A stretch of 64,000 nt of DNA from Felis catus (lineage: Eukaryota), in NCBI RefSeq assembly GCF_018350175.1, contig NC_058368.1, positions 71,054,001 through 71,118,000 of the forward strand, written 5' to 3'. This document shows positions 36,046-49,219 of this stretch, piece by piece (the first letter of the stretch is position 1; every line of letters begins with the position of its first letter). The notes below the pieces were generated by a model, which ran no database searches, was not told the origin of the DNA, and saw only the letters and a program-made list of their open reading frames with translations. The position numbers and the translations under genes are program-made.

Positions 36046-37409
36046 AAGGCCATGCCATGAGAAATCCTTTATAAGCGTCTGTCTTGGATGACCCCGTCTT
36101 GGTTCTCTCCCCCGTTAATATTAAAGTTATTTATTTAGGGAAAGGAAAAATGGTTGCTACAATCTGACCAGTGCTCACAGCAAGCCAGGTGTCAGCTAAA
36201 GGTCCCACTGTATGTAAAAACAGCACAAAAAAAAAAAAAAAAATCCCCATGTGACTGGATCATAATAGCCCAATCTAGGAAATTCTGAGGCCAGAGGTTC
36301 AAAACAGACTCTTCTGAGCTCCATTGGCCTGTTAGCTTTAAACCCCAGCATCTACTTCACAATCTTGGGAAAGCCTGTTAGGAGGGTTTCCATTAAAAAG
36401 CATCAAATACAATCAAATTCTGGTCTTTCCCAAATACAGATCCGTATGACCAGGCTGTTTCTCCAGCATGCCAGCAGCACCTAAGGTGTTTAATTTGGAA
36501 TTTGATAGCTGCCTAAATTTCAACATTTCCCGTAGGTGCTGCACACAAAGGGTCCTCAATGGCCACTGGCAGAAAGTCTTAGAAAAACAATCCTTCTGGT
36601 TGTTGGAATCACAACTACCACTTTCGCTCCCCGCCTCCCTGTCACTGAAGAGGCTGTTTTGACTTGAATTACAGGGGCCCATGCCGACTACCTGCGGTCC
36701 AAATGTGCATGTGACAATGGACACTCCTTTGCTGGCTGCCCGGTGTTATTTCAGACACTGTTGGACAGATGGGCTCTGTTCCGAGTGGGGAAGAACCACA
36801 CCTCGCAGAGGAGATTTTTTATAAGGCTGTCTTCCCACCGCACACAAAATGTCTCATCAGTTTGCCAGGGTGGGGGCAGATCGCTTCTGAATGTCAGAAC
36901 AGTGATTTCTCCCCCAGCCTCTCTCTCTGGTCTCAGAGCTTGGACAGAATTTCAGGGATCCTAGTTGTCTGCTCCCACCACTGCCTGCCCAGCTCATTTC
37001 TGCCATGTGTGGGGCATGTGCTTGGAGCTGAGCAGCTGTTGGAACACAGTAAATCCATTCACATCCTGACATATCCCAATGACTAATATGGGCTTAGTGA
37101 GGAAACAGAAGCATTTGACAAGCAGAAACAACTGAATTACTTTTGGAGGGGTGAGGAAATGACACCCCCAATGGGCTTGATCTACCATTTGGTTTGGACT
37201 GGGGAGCTCACCATGGGAGGCCACCCAGATGTCATTGCAGTTATCCACCATCATTAATTCTGAGCAAAAGGGGAGCAGAGCTGGTGTTTGGGGAGCAGGA
37301 GTAAGAGAGATAAGGAGATGGTGGTCTTGGGACCATGTTGAACATGAAAATAAATCACTCAAGCCCCAAAACTTGAAGTAAGAGGCAAGTCTCATTTGCA
37401 GGTGGGAAT

Positions 37410-37650
37410 GGGGGCTTTGGAATCAGACACAACTGGGTTCAAATCCTGCCTCTGCCACTTCTTCTGTGACCAAGCCATGTAACCTTAAGCCTGTTATCTC
37501 ATTTGTAAAATGGGAATAATAATAGGATTCCTACCTGCTGGGTCTATTCCAGGAATGAATGAGACTACTGTATAAGGCACTTAGCCTATGTATATATAAA
37601 GCCAGGCATACAGTAAGCACCTAAATAATGATAGCTATTAATCATAATAG
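37410..37650 (+). mobile_element. MIR
   Basis: ggctttggaatcagacacaactgggttcaaatcctgcctctgccactt...tgtaaaatgggaataataa. Confidence 0.85.
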
Positions 37651-38184
37651 TATATTTCCAACAGAAGATAATGAACTTGGTGTTTGTCCACATGTGCAGA
37701 CAGGTAACCGAGAATTTGCCTTGCACTGACTAACCTAGCTCCTAAAAGACTGTGGAATAAAAATGAAACTCAACAATTCTTCAAAATAACACTTTCTCAC
37801 CAAGATCCCAGCCACCCGCTTGCATCAGAACCATAAGGTGAGCTGGAGAACCATCTAAGGCTTGAAGATGTCAGGGCACCTCCAAACTTCGTATCCCCAA
37901 CAGACCTCCACAAACTCTCTTGCTCAACGTGGAACACCATTAAGATCATGTTCCCACATCGTTCCATAAATTACAGGGCAGCAATATGCATGGATTGTCA
38001 GTCATGGTGTTTGGGATATTTCATCCTGTAGAACCTTCTAGACTGGATATTAACAAGTATTATACAAATAAAGTGTTATATGCTTCATCAAGTGCACACT
38101 ATTTTATTCCCCTGCAATGGTGATTCCCATAATCTCCACTTATGAAGTGCACCCACCGATGATGTTCCATTCCTTTTGGACATC

Positions 38185-38490
38185 TTTTTGTTGTTGTTGT
38201 TTCAAGGTTTTATTGTTTTTTCCCTTTGTTTTTTGTTTGTTTGTTTGTTTGTTTACTTTGAGAGAGAGAGAGAGCTATCAGCACAGAGCTGGATGCAGGG
38301 CTCAAACTCACAGACTGCGAGATCATGACCTGAGCAGAAATCAAGAGTAGGATGCCTAACCAACTGAACCACTCAAGTTCCCCCTAAAGATTTTATTGTT
38401 AAGCAAAGTCTACACCCACTGTGGCTCAAACCCACAACCCTGAGATCAAGAGTCACACGCTCCAAAGACTGAGCCAGCCAGGCACCCCCC
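38185..38490 (-). mobile_element. Short Can-SINE with a second Can-SINE (38218-38384) in its tail
   Basis: Outer TSD cttttggacat / cttttggatat; inner TSD aaggttttattgtt / aagattttattgtt. Confidence 0.88.
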
Positions 38491-40608
38491 CTTTTGGATA
38501 TGTTAAATCTATCAGTCAGAAACCACTGGAGCCTCCTCCCCAAGCCAGTAGAACAAGGGAGAATGAATGGCTTGTTCACACCTGCTATCTAACCCAGGAA
38601 GTGGGCTGCGAGGTCACGGATGTGGCCCTTTATAACAACGCTGATCAAATGAAAAGTGAATTACTGGACGAATCACAACTAATAAACTGGAGAGAATACA
38701 AGGAGAGAAACATGAATCTGATTTTGCAGAAGGGTGGAAGTGGAAAACTCTGGAAGAATTCAACTTCGTGGAGGACTTTCTACTGTGACCTACTGACCAC
38801 AGCAGGGTGGGGCCATGACAAGCTGTCCACAGGTCCCCCACCGGACCCCACTCCACCTCACCTCCCACTGACTCTTCTTATCTTCTCCTGGCCTTCCCTT
38901 GGGCCTGTGGTTAGAGCATAATGTTGTTTTGGGTCTTTCTGTGAAGTTCATCACTAAAGAGGCTTCTCCCTCCCCATGTCATATTTTACTGGTCTGCTCC
39001 ATCCCATAATATCCCAGGAAACACTCGACCCTTGCTGTCTTTCCTGGGTCCCTGTCTCCTCCTTCTCATTCTCCTCCACTGACATTCTTTATTTGCTCTG
39101 GCAGCTGTATACCCAGGGAACATTCGAGTCCTGCACTGACCCAGAGTAACTAGGAATATACTGAGCCTGGTGTCTCCATATTTCCTCAAAGCCTTCCCCC
39201 TTCCCTCAGCTCCAGCCCCATCGACTATTTATAGACACCAATCAACACCAAGCTGTTTGAAGATGCAGGACAGAAGAAATTCTGGGGGCCCTCCTTCATT
39301 ATACCTCCCTCAGAGCTGTCTCCAAGAATTTAAAGCAAGAGACCTATTGAAACACATTTCATTGATTCATTATTAAGTGTCCCTTAGGTGGGCACAGACA
39401 GTACCAAGCAGGGGAAGGGATGCGTGACTTGTGGTCACTGAAAAACTTTTGAGTGTCTGCCCAGGTCCCGAAATTATGCCAACAGGGGAGCCAAAAGGAG
39501 GAAACAAAAGTTACAGAGACTGGACGGGAAGTAGAGAGGAAAAGGGAGGGGGGGCCGGGAGCCTGATGATGACTGGGAACAAAACAGGGAAGCTTGCTGG
39601 AGGGGGAGCTGAAGGAGGCTTTCCTGGAGGCAAAGCCAGAGTCAGGGTGTGGGATCCAGAAAACTCTAGCAGGTCAACGTGAGTGAGAGCCCACCAGCAG
39701 AAAGACAAACACCACTCCTGGCCCCAGAAACACAGGTATGGATGGCCGAGGACGTCAGATCCGCCTCAAGTCATCTTGAGGACAAAGGCCCGGCGACCCA
39801 CTAGCTCAGAAACATGTTATCGAGAAAGGGACACTGGAACAGCCAGAATGTTGTTACTGCTGGCTGAGCATCTCAGAAGCCCCCACCCATGGGAGAAAAC
39901 AGGACACACACCTCACCATATGCACACATTCACACACACACAAACTATGAGGACACAAAATGGCACCACACTGCCTGACAAAGCCCAAGTAAGTCAGAGA
40001 CTGTGACATACAACCAGACCCAAGAGGCATCTTCCCTGAGACTCAACCGCTGTGGGCGGATTTCTATTTCCTGCAGTAATTTACTTGGGAAAAGGGGCCT
40101 TTTCTTGTTCATGTTTCATGAATAGGCCAGAACCATACAGACAATAGTGAACAATAAAAACTTGATTTTGGAGAGTCTGAAAAACACCCCTTGGCTGTCA
40201 CTCCTTAGGGTTCTCTCCTTCCTGCTTACCCAGAGTCGTTCTATCTTTTATTGATTAGCATAGCAGGCATGAGCCCCTTCTTAGAACAAGGGACTCAGTC
40301 TAACAGAGATACCGTGTTGTTTTCATTCCCCAACGATTTCACGGGTATGCTTGGGAGGCATCAATGCCCCATGGTGTGCTGGGCAGGGGGTGTGACTCTT
40401 CACAAGGGTGGAAGACAGTCCAAATGCTCATGGTGTTCACTGATTCATACCCTTTCATCGCTGCATCATTCATTCATATTTTGCCTAATCAGTATGCCAA
40501 AGTCAGTAACGCACCTGTTGGGGAGCCTGTAAAACCGAGGGTCCTTTCAGATCACTGGGTGAACATGGGATAAATCAACTATTAGAATAAAAACAGGCTG
40601 GATGGTAT

Positions 40609-40931
40609 GGGGCACCTGCCTGGCTCAGTCAGTAGAACATAAAACTCTTGATCTTGGGGTCATGAGTTTCAGCCCCATGGTGGGCGTAGAGCCTACTTTT
40701 AAAAAAAGATCTGGGGCACCTGGGTGGCTCAGTTGGTTGAGCATCCGACTTCAGCTCTGGTCATGATCTCATGGTCTGTAAGTTCGAGCCCCACGTAGGC
40801 TCTGTGCTGACAGCTCAGAGCCTGAAGTCTGCTTCAGATTCTGTGTCTCCCTCTCTCTCTGCCCCTCCCCTGATCATGCTCTGTCTCTCTCTCAAAAATA
40901 AGTAAACATTAAACACTGAAAAAAAAAAAAA
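40609..40931 (+). mobile_element. Short Can-SINE (40609-40707) followed by felid Can-SINE (40713-40931)
   Basis: Inner TSD aaaaagatct; outer ctggatggtat / ctggatggcat. Confidence 0.92.
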
Positions 40932-41815
40932 GATCTGGATGGCATGTGAAGTTTCTGTGTCTTCAAGTAGTTATCACCGGTCTTCATTTCCACTGAATAC
41001 CAAATCTTTGTTAAAAGACACAGTAATTCTGACCAGACTGTAATGCCGGAGTGTTTAACCTCCTCATAATCCCAAAAGCAACCTGCTAGACTAGCAGGGC
41101 AGAATGTTTATCTTGCTAGGAAACTGAACTATCTCCTGAAAAATTAAATGATGAAGGTGGTAATGTGAGTGTACTTAACACTAGTGAAATGTACACTTAA
41201 AAAATGGGGACAGTGATGTCATAGTATATGTTTTTTTACTATAAAATAAATGCAGACATCTTTAAAATTAATGATGAAGATTACCACAGGGAAACAAATA
41301 TGGGGAAAAGTGGAAACTGCTGGAAGACAGCTCGGCTTGTTTCTTTTCATGGGCAGTTTTGACACCTGTGAACTTGTGCCAACAAAACTCAGGAGTACTT
41401 TCCTAAGAAGGGAGTTCTAAAGAAGGGTGGTGTCACTAGCAATGTCCCTATGAATAAAGTGGCCTTCCTGGCAGATGGCTATTCCCTGTCTGTCCCCAAA
41501 CCAGGGCCCTCCAGCATGGCATTGCTGTGATCCCCTCTGAGGAATATCCACACGGGAGGGACAGGAAGGAGGGACAGAGGCTGGCGTTTACTGAGGGGCA
41601 GCCCCAGTTACTTTATACAAACTCCTGCATTTAATACAGCAAATCTATGAGGTGCCTTTTCATCCTAGCTTTTTTAACCATAAAGAAACTGAGATGCAGG
41701 GCTAGCAAACACTTTGGCCAAGGCCACATGACAAAGACCTGATTTGTGTGTCTCTAGAGCCTATGCTTTTTTTCACAGTCCTTTTGCCCCATGGCCTACA
41801 AAACTGCAAAACAGA

Positions 41816-42462
41816 GGGGCGTCTGGGTGGCTCAGTCGGTTAAGAGTTCAACTTTGGCTCAGGTCATGATCTCACAGTTCATGAGTTCGAGCCCTGCGTC
41901 GGGCTCTGTGCTGACAGCTCAGAGCCTGGAGCCAGCTTCAGATTCTGTGTCTCTCTCTCTGCCCCTCCCCTGCTCGTGTGCTCTCTCTCTCTCTATCTCT
42001 CTCTCAACAATAAAATAAACATTAAAAAAAATTTAGGGGCACCTGGGTGGCTCAGTTGGTTGGGGTCTGACTTCGGCTCAGGTCATAATCTCCCCGTTTG
42101 TGGGTTCGAGCCCCGCATCGAGCTCTGTGCTGACAGCTTGGAGCCTGAAGCCTGCTTCGGATTCTGTGTCTCCCTCTCTCTCTCTGCTCCTCCCCTGTTC
42201 GTGCTCTTTATCTCTCTCAAAAATAAACAGTAAAAAAATATAGGTGCACCTGGGTGGCTCAGTTGGTTGGGTGTCCAATTTCAGCTCAGATCATGATATC
42301 ACCTTTTGTGGGTTCGAGCCCCAAGTTGGGTTCTGCACGGACTGTGCAGAGGCTGCTTCAGATTCCCTGTCTCCCTTTCTCGCTGCCCGTCCCCACTTGC
42401 ACTCTCTCTCTCAAAAATAAATAAATAAACATTAAAAAAAATTTTTTTTTAATAAAAAAAAA
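41816..42462 (+). mobile_element. Three head-to-tail Can-SINEs (starts 41816, 42036, 42243)
   Basis: Three heads and tails; outer TSD aaaactgcaaaaca / aaaactacaaaaca. Confidence 0.93.
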
Positions 42463-42799
42463 AAAACTACAAAACAAGAGAATCAACTCTCCAGGACCCT
42501 AAAGTAAGTAGGATTTTTTTCCTGCACCCCATTTGAGAGCTTAATTGTAATGTAACCAGAATTTAGCTGAAAAAGCGACTCCAAGCATATTCCCTAGAGC
42601 TGAGGTCCACCTGCCCCACAGGTGTGCTGTGGAAATGAGGCACAGGCGTGCCACGACCCCGAGCACCCCCTCCGCCATCAGGGTGGCCAGGGTACAGCCT
42701 GGGACCCAGGAGTCCCTGGGCCGAGGCCCTTCAGATTGTGAGCAGCTGTGGCATTTACCCTAGTGTGTCATAAAAGGTCACTTCCTGTGAGTGCCATCT

Positions 42800-43012
42800 G
42801 TGACAAAGGTTGGGCTTGGAAGGCAAACTGCCTGGATAAATCCCAATCCCACCACTTCATAGCCATGCAGGCTAACCTCTGTGTGCTGCAGTTTCCTCAT
42901 CTCAAGGGGAATGAAAACAGAATCTACCTCATGGAGTAGTTTAAGAATTAAATAACATAAAATACACAGTGCTGTGTACCTTCTAGAAGTAATCCTTCAA
43001 CAACCACTAGCT
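42800..43012 (+). mobile_element. MIR
   Basis: aacctctgtgtgctgcagtttcctcatctc...tacctcatggagtagtttaagaattaaa. Confidence 0.7.
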
Positions 43013-43015
43013 GAG

Positions 43016-43122
43016 CCAGCAGATGCAGTCACACAGGCCACGCATGCCATTACACTACGGCCCCATTCACTTAGGCTAGGCTGTGAACAGTGCCCCCAGG
43101 GTTGTGCGACTGCGCATCCCTG
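43016..43122. mobile_element. MER91-like hAT MITE
   Basis: Imperfect terminal inverted repeats (gatgcagtcacaca / tgtgcgactgcgcatc) around ccattcacttaggctaggctgtgaacagtgccccc. Confidence 0.55.
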
Positions 43123-44552
43123 ACCTTAGTTTTGCAATTGAATCTGTAAGTGTCCTTCACAGTCGAGCTCCAATTTATTGCCCAGCCTCATTACCTCCAC
43201 CAGCTTCCAACCTTCATCCCCACTAAACGTCCAACACAGCTGTCCACTTATGACCCCGAGGATTTTCATGGATGTTCCTACTGCCTGGAACATTCCCCTA
43301 CTCCTGCCTGCTTCCACTCTTACTCATCCTTCAGGACCTAAGGTGCAGTCACCTCCTCCCTGACGCTGTCTCTGATGTCCTGCCTTCAGTGTTCCCAGAG
43401 CACTTTGCAAACACTGGGTTAGAAAAATCAGGTTGTTTTTGTGTGGTTCACAGTTCCTCTGCATACAGGCCTCCCCTCTGAACCTTCCTGTGATCAGAGT
43501 CCTACTTTTCTTGGCACGAACTTGAACTGTTTGCCCTGCTTGTGGGCCTGCCTCTCCACCCACCTCACTCATGTAGAAGACAAGTCTCGGTGGGACCTGA
43601 GGTTGTCAAAGAAAGTTGAGAATACCAGGCGCACAGACCAATTTCAGGGTACAGAAAATACCCTTGACCACATCTGAGTGAGGCTAAGTTCCCCTGACTA
43701 AGGGACTGAATACACCAAAAGGCAACGGGGCCTCCCACTGCCTCCTGGTGCCAGCGTGCACAGTCCCCTGGCAGAGCAGGACAGCAGACTGGCAGTGGTC
43801 TTCTAAGTTGGGCTTTGTTTGATATGTGAGAGTAAAACCCGGGAAATGTGGCCCACCTGCTCTTTTGAAATCCCTCCCTTTATTGTATTTGAATTTCATG
43901 TCTCTGTGCTTTGTTTCAAACTAAATATCAAAAGTCTCTCGTTTCTGTTATCTCCCTGACAGTTCTTCAATATACTGTATTAAAAACTCTCCAAGGACAA
44001 AAAAAAAAAAAAAAAAAAAAGCACTTTTCAAGTGGTGTTCAGGAGCTTGCTACCCCCCACCTTTCTTCATTTCTGAATCTCTGGAATGCTTCATAAAACA
44101 AAAGAGAAGATACCAAAATGTGCTTCTATGCTATATGAAATACTTAGCGAGGTCTCCTCTGTCTTACAGAGAAAACAGTACAGACCCAGATATTTTGCAA
44201 GTCATATAATTCATCCCTAATGCTGCTGGACCACTAACCGGGTCCACACAAACTCTATCGCACGTGGCACATGTATTCTGCATGCATGGTGATTAAAGAA
44301 AATGGCATTCTCCTTGTCAAAATGCCCTCTCCCTACCTTCCCACCCCACCAAACTGGGGAGCTACAGGACCTGAATTTTATTAGATGATGTTTTCTTTTG
44401 CTTTTTTTCTGTCTTATGTAAACTCAGGAGTAGTTCTCTCTAGTTTATTCAAATGCTTCTCTTGTAAATGTTCATTCATTTAATATTTATTGAGTATCTA
44501 CTATGTACCCCCACAGAGTCATTGATTAAGGAAATTCAGGCTTGGCCTCTGC

Positions 44553-45066
44553 ATCAGGATTTATCAACCTTGGTACCATTGACATTTTGAGCCAGGTAAT
44601 TCTTTGTTATGGTGGCTATTCTGCCCCTTGTAGGACGTTTAGCAGCATCCCTGGCCTCTACCCATAAGAGGCCAGTAGCATCCCAACCTCCCAGCTATGA
44701 CAACCAAAACTGTCACCAGAAAATAGTGAAAAGAGTAGTGGTCACCAGGAGTTAGCGAGAATAGTGGGATGAAAAGGCAGGCACCAAGGATTTCTCAAAC
44801 AGTGAAGCTATTCTGAATGATACCATAATGGTGGATACATGTCCTTATAGAATTGTCAAAGTCCACAGAATATACAACACTAAGAGTGAACCCTCTTATT
44901 TTTTTAAAGTAGGCTCTACACCCAAAGTGGGGCTCGAACTCACAACTCCAAGATCAAGAGTCACATGCTTTACTGACTGAGCCAGCCAGGTGTCCCTCTA
45001 TTAATTTTTTTTAAGTGAAAAAAAAAATGTTTCCATACATTGCCAAATGTCCCTAGAGAGCAAATT
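44553..45066 (-). mobile_element. MER20 (hAT-Charlie) interrupted by an L1MC-like fragment (~44720-45025) and a short Can-SINE (44897-44996)
   Basis: Reverse MER20 motifs tttagcagcatccctggcctctaccc and acattgccaaatgtccc on either side of the inserts. Confidence 0.78.
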
Positions 45067-45108
45067 AATTTTCATACTGTCACATTATTCTGCTCACAAT
45101 AATACTTT

Positions 45109-45326
45109 AAAAAAAATTTTTTTAACGTCTATTTATTTTTAAGACAGAGAGAGACAGAGCATGAACGCGGGAGGGGCAGAGAGAGAGGGAGACACAGAAT
45201 CGGAAGCAGGCTCCAGACTCTGAGCCATCAGCCCAGAGCCTGACACGGGGCTCGAACCCACGGACCGCGAGATCATGACCTGAGCTGATGTCAGACGATC
45301 AACCGACTGAGCCACCCAGGCGCCCC
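45109..45326 (-). mobile_element. Felid Can-SINE (SINEC_Fc-type)
   Basis: Perfect TSD acaataatacttt; CpG-rich. Confidence 0.95.
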
Positions 45327-45339
45327 ACAATAATACTTT

Positions 45340-45860
45340 TTTAAAAAAATTGTGGTAAAATATATATAATATAAAATTTATCACTTTAAACCATTTATTT
45401 AATGTTTACTTACTTTTGAGAGAGACAAGACAGAGTGTGAGCGGGGGAAAGGCAGAGAGAGAGAGGGAGACACAGAATCCGAAGCAGGTTCCAGGCTGAG
45501 CTGTCAGCACAGAGCCCGACGTGGGGCTCAAACCCACAGACCATGAGATCGTGACCTGAGCTGAAGTCGGTCGCCCAACTGACTGAGCCACCCAGGCGCC
45601 CCTGTTTTAAACCATTTTCAAGTGTATGCTTCAGTGGCATTAAGTACATTGGCAATGCTGTACAACCATCACCACATCTATTTCCAGAACTCTGTCATCT
45701 CAAGCTGAAACTTTGTACCCATTAAACAATAAGTCCCCTCTCCTTCCAGCCCCTGGTAATCACCATCCTTTCTGTCTCTATGAATTTGACCACTTTGATC
45801 CCTCATATACGTGGATTCAGACAATATTTGTCCTTTTGTGGCTGGTTTATTTCACTTGTC
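45340..45860 (-). mobile_element. L1MB-like 3' end interrupted by a Can-SINE (45397-45602)
   Basis: ttgtggtaaaatata..., cagtggcattaagtacatt, ccagcccctggtaatcacc; SINE TSD tttaaaccattt. Confidence 0.85.
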
Positions 45861-46261
45861 CCCTCCCTTCTTCCTATTTTACTGACTCCTGCTTGGGCTC
45901 CAAAAGGCCACCTGCCCAGTAAAATACTCACCTCTCACACCCCCCGGTGTGGCCTTGCAACCCAAGTCTAACCAAGGCACCGAAAGAGAAAATGTCTAAG
46001 TGAGGCTTCTTTTTTCACACACTTTTTTATGTTAGGTTTTGGAGACGCAAGCATTTACATGATTTGAAAATCAAAAGTGTGAAACAAGGTACATTCAGAG
46101 CTGTCTCACCTCCTTCCCTGCCTCACCCGCTCTTTTCCCCTCTACTTCTCTAGTTGTTTCTTTTTTCTGTTTCCTTGCAAGTATAAGCGCATGCGTGCGC
46201 CTGCGCGTGTTTGGGCGGCGGAGGGGGGGCGGCACGTGCATGTATAAACGGATATATATCA

Positions 46262-46454
46262 GGACGCCTGCGTGGCTCAGCAGTTAAGCGCCAGACTCTT
46301 GATATCGGCTCAGGTCATGATCTCATGTTTTGTGAGAACAAGTCCTGCATCAGGCTCTCCCAGTCGGGCTTGGGATTCTCTCTCTCTCCCTCACTCTCTG
46401 CCCCTTCTCTGCTCTCTCTTCTCTCTCTCAAAATAAATAAACTTAAAAAAAAAA
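46262..46454 (+). mobile_element. Can-SINE within an old antisense L1ME-like region (~46020-46830)
   Basis: TSD ggatatatatca / gggtatatatca. Confidence 0.87.
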
Positions 46455-47158
46455 GGGTATATATCAACATATCTACATTGATATCTGCGCTATTCTCATT
46501 CTTTACTTCATATTCTGGAATCTTGGAGATCACCCCACATCTTCCTCTTTCTTTTTTACTGCACAGTATTTGATTGTGTGGCTATATTATGTCCGAACAC
46601 TCCCCTACTGACGAACACCTGGGTGATTTCCAGGGTTGTTTTTTAATCACCAATAATTCCACAGTAAGTAATCTTATGCGTGAGTCCTTTTGTATTATGC
46701 CTTTTGTATGTATGGCTTGGGACAGAGTTCTAGAAGCGTGACTGCTGGTTGAAGGGCAACAGCATGCATAATTGTGCTCAACTTGCAGCTTCTCTGCCCC
46801 AGGAGTTGTGCCATTTCGATTTGCAAAGCTTTTTGCTTGTCCTTTGCTCTTTTTCCATCTCCTTTCTTCCTGCCTAGGACCCAGAGCTGATTCTGGAAAG
46901 TACAACAGCCTTCTCAGAGGAGGACAGGCACACCCTAAGGGCAGCACAGCTGGAAGGCAAAAGAGCTCCCCAAGGCTGGTCCAACCCACCAGTGTGGCCC
47001 TCCACTGCCCACCACTGCCCTTCCTGCCATTCCTTCCTTCCTCACCTGTACAGACCTGGTTGTTCAGATTCCTATTACAGCCAAAGACGATCGTGATCAC
47101 TTAGATACCGAGTAAATCTAATTAAAATAATGCTACGTTATTGGAAAAACTTGTAACT

Positions 47159-47282
47159 GGGGCACCTGGGTGGCTCAGTTGGTTGAGTGTCTGACTCTTT
47201 GATTTCAGCTCAGGTCATGATCCCAGAATCATGGGATTGAGCCCCAACTCAGGCTGTACATCTAGTGCGGAGCCTGCTTGAG

Positions 47283-47326
<44 letters not shown>

Positions 47327-47857
47327 CCTCTCCCTGCCTCGTGCATGCTCGCTCTCTCTCAAATTTAAAAAAAAATGGGGGGGAGGGGTGGCACCTGGGT
47401 GGCTCAGTTGGTTGAGCATCTAACTCTTGATTTCGGCTCAGGTCGTGATCCCAGGGTCCTGGGATCAAGCCCCATGTCAGGCTCCACACCTAGTGCGGAG
47501 CCTGTTTAAGATTCTCTCTCCCTCTCTCCCTTTCTCTCACTGCCCCTCTCCTTCACTCGTGCATGCTCTCTCTCTCTCTCTCTCTAAAATTAAAACAAAT
47601 TTTGGGGGGCACCTGGGTGGCTCAGTCAGTTAAACGTCTGACTTAGACTCAGGTCATGATCTCAAGGTTTCTGGGTTCGAGCCCTGTGTCAGGCTCTGTG
47701 CTGACAGCTCAGAGCCTGGAGCCTGCTTCAGATTCCATGTCTCCATCTCTCTCTCTCTCTCTCTGTCCATCCCTCACTCATGCTCTGTTTTTCTCTGTCT
47801 CTCAAAAATAAAAAATTAAAAAATAAGATTTAAAAAAAATTTTTAATTAAAAAAAAA
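47159..47857 (+). mobile_element. Three head-to-tail Can-SINEs (starts ~47159, ~47385, ~47604)
   Basis: Three heads; outer TSD cttgtaact. Confidence 0.92.
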
Positions 47858-47894
47858 GCTTGTAACTAATTAGTAAGTTAGTACTTACTACAAG

Positions 47895-48060
47895 CTGCAC
47901 TGTCCAATATGGTGGCCATGTGGCCATTTAAATTCACGTTAAATGAGATTTAAATGTCAGTGCCTCGGTTGCACTAGCCATGTTTCAAGAGTCCAGTAGG
48001 CACAGGACCCCAGTGGGTACCATATTGGACCAACATTGCTATCATCACAGAAAGTTCTGC
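47895..48060. mobile_element. MER3-like hAT-Charlie relic
   Basis: ctgtccaatatggtggcca...gcactagccatgtttcaag...catattggac...atcatcacagaaagttct. Confidence 0.72.
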
Positions 48061-49219
48061 ATCCTTGATATGAAATTCTAGGTGGCACTGTGGGGTCACT
48101 CTAGTGCCAATCTGAAGCCCTCCTATGTCTTCTAAAACGTTCCTGAAAATACCATTCATGTGGGACTAGGTTTATCTATCAATGTCATGATATAAGGTGT
48201 GACCTCCTTCAGCTTCTCCCATATGTGGAAAAACCACCCCCTGTGTCTTTCTGCCTCCTCATCAAGGGCATCTGTGCTGTGGGAATGGCCCAGAACACTG
48301 TTCCCTTCTAAGATGTTGCCTTGTACACAGTGCAGTGCATCTTTCAGGAACAAAAGTTGGAGGCCAAATATATATATAAATAGGCAAAATCAGAAAACCC
48401 ATTGATCAGAAAGGATCATCGGTGTATTGCAAAGAAGAGATGATTTCATCAATGATGCAGAAAAGAGCCCAGGATGTGAAAAGCACCAAAGAGGTGAGGT
48501 CTGAGGGAGTCTCAGAGCAGAGAGTTCACAGCATCTGAGAAAGGGCCTTTCTACCTCCACTTCAGTCTTGAAGGGAGAAGCAAGGGCTGAGATACATAAA
48601 AGCAAGGACGTTTGCAAGTTCCTGAAGCTTTGGGGGTTTTCACACCGTGTGGATGCCCATATTGTGTGATCAGATAAAGTGGAATCATCTGTCAGCCTGT
48701 CTGTTCACATAGCTATGCTATTCATAGAAAATGTACCTCTTTCCCCAAATAAACACCATATGCCTCTGCTCTTACCTAATTGGGTGCATGTATCCTAGGG
48801 ACCTGTAGCATTTCGGGGGAGGGGGTAATGCCAGGTGCCTCAAGTGGCCACTGCGGGCTCTTGTGCAGAACATTCTTTAGGGATGTCAAGAGCAATAGGG
48901 AACCATATTAATTAATAAAGCCGAAATGAGGTTTGACTTATGCCATCCACGGCATCACAAGGGAGGAAAGGAGACAGCACCACCTTTTGGACTTCAAAGA
49001 CAACAGTGGTCCCTCTTCTTGCCCTCCCATCCCCTGCTTGCCCTGCCTGAGTTACCTGGGCCACCGTCATGGCCTCTGCCTCACAAAACGCCTTTAACAC
49101 CCTTGCTCCCCCTTCTGTCCTCCTCATCAGGCTGAGGTAACTCGGTTGTGTACCCAACCATGTCTGTACCCCAACATGCTGGGTGAGAAGCACACCACCT
49201 ATGGTTCCCAGGAGCTTTG

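Noticed and set aside
36472..36542. miR-15/16-family microRNA gene call
   Set aside because: Stem too short and lacks basal helix; kept only as a hairpin finding.
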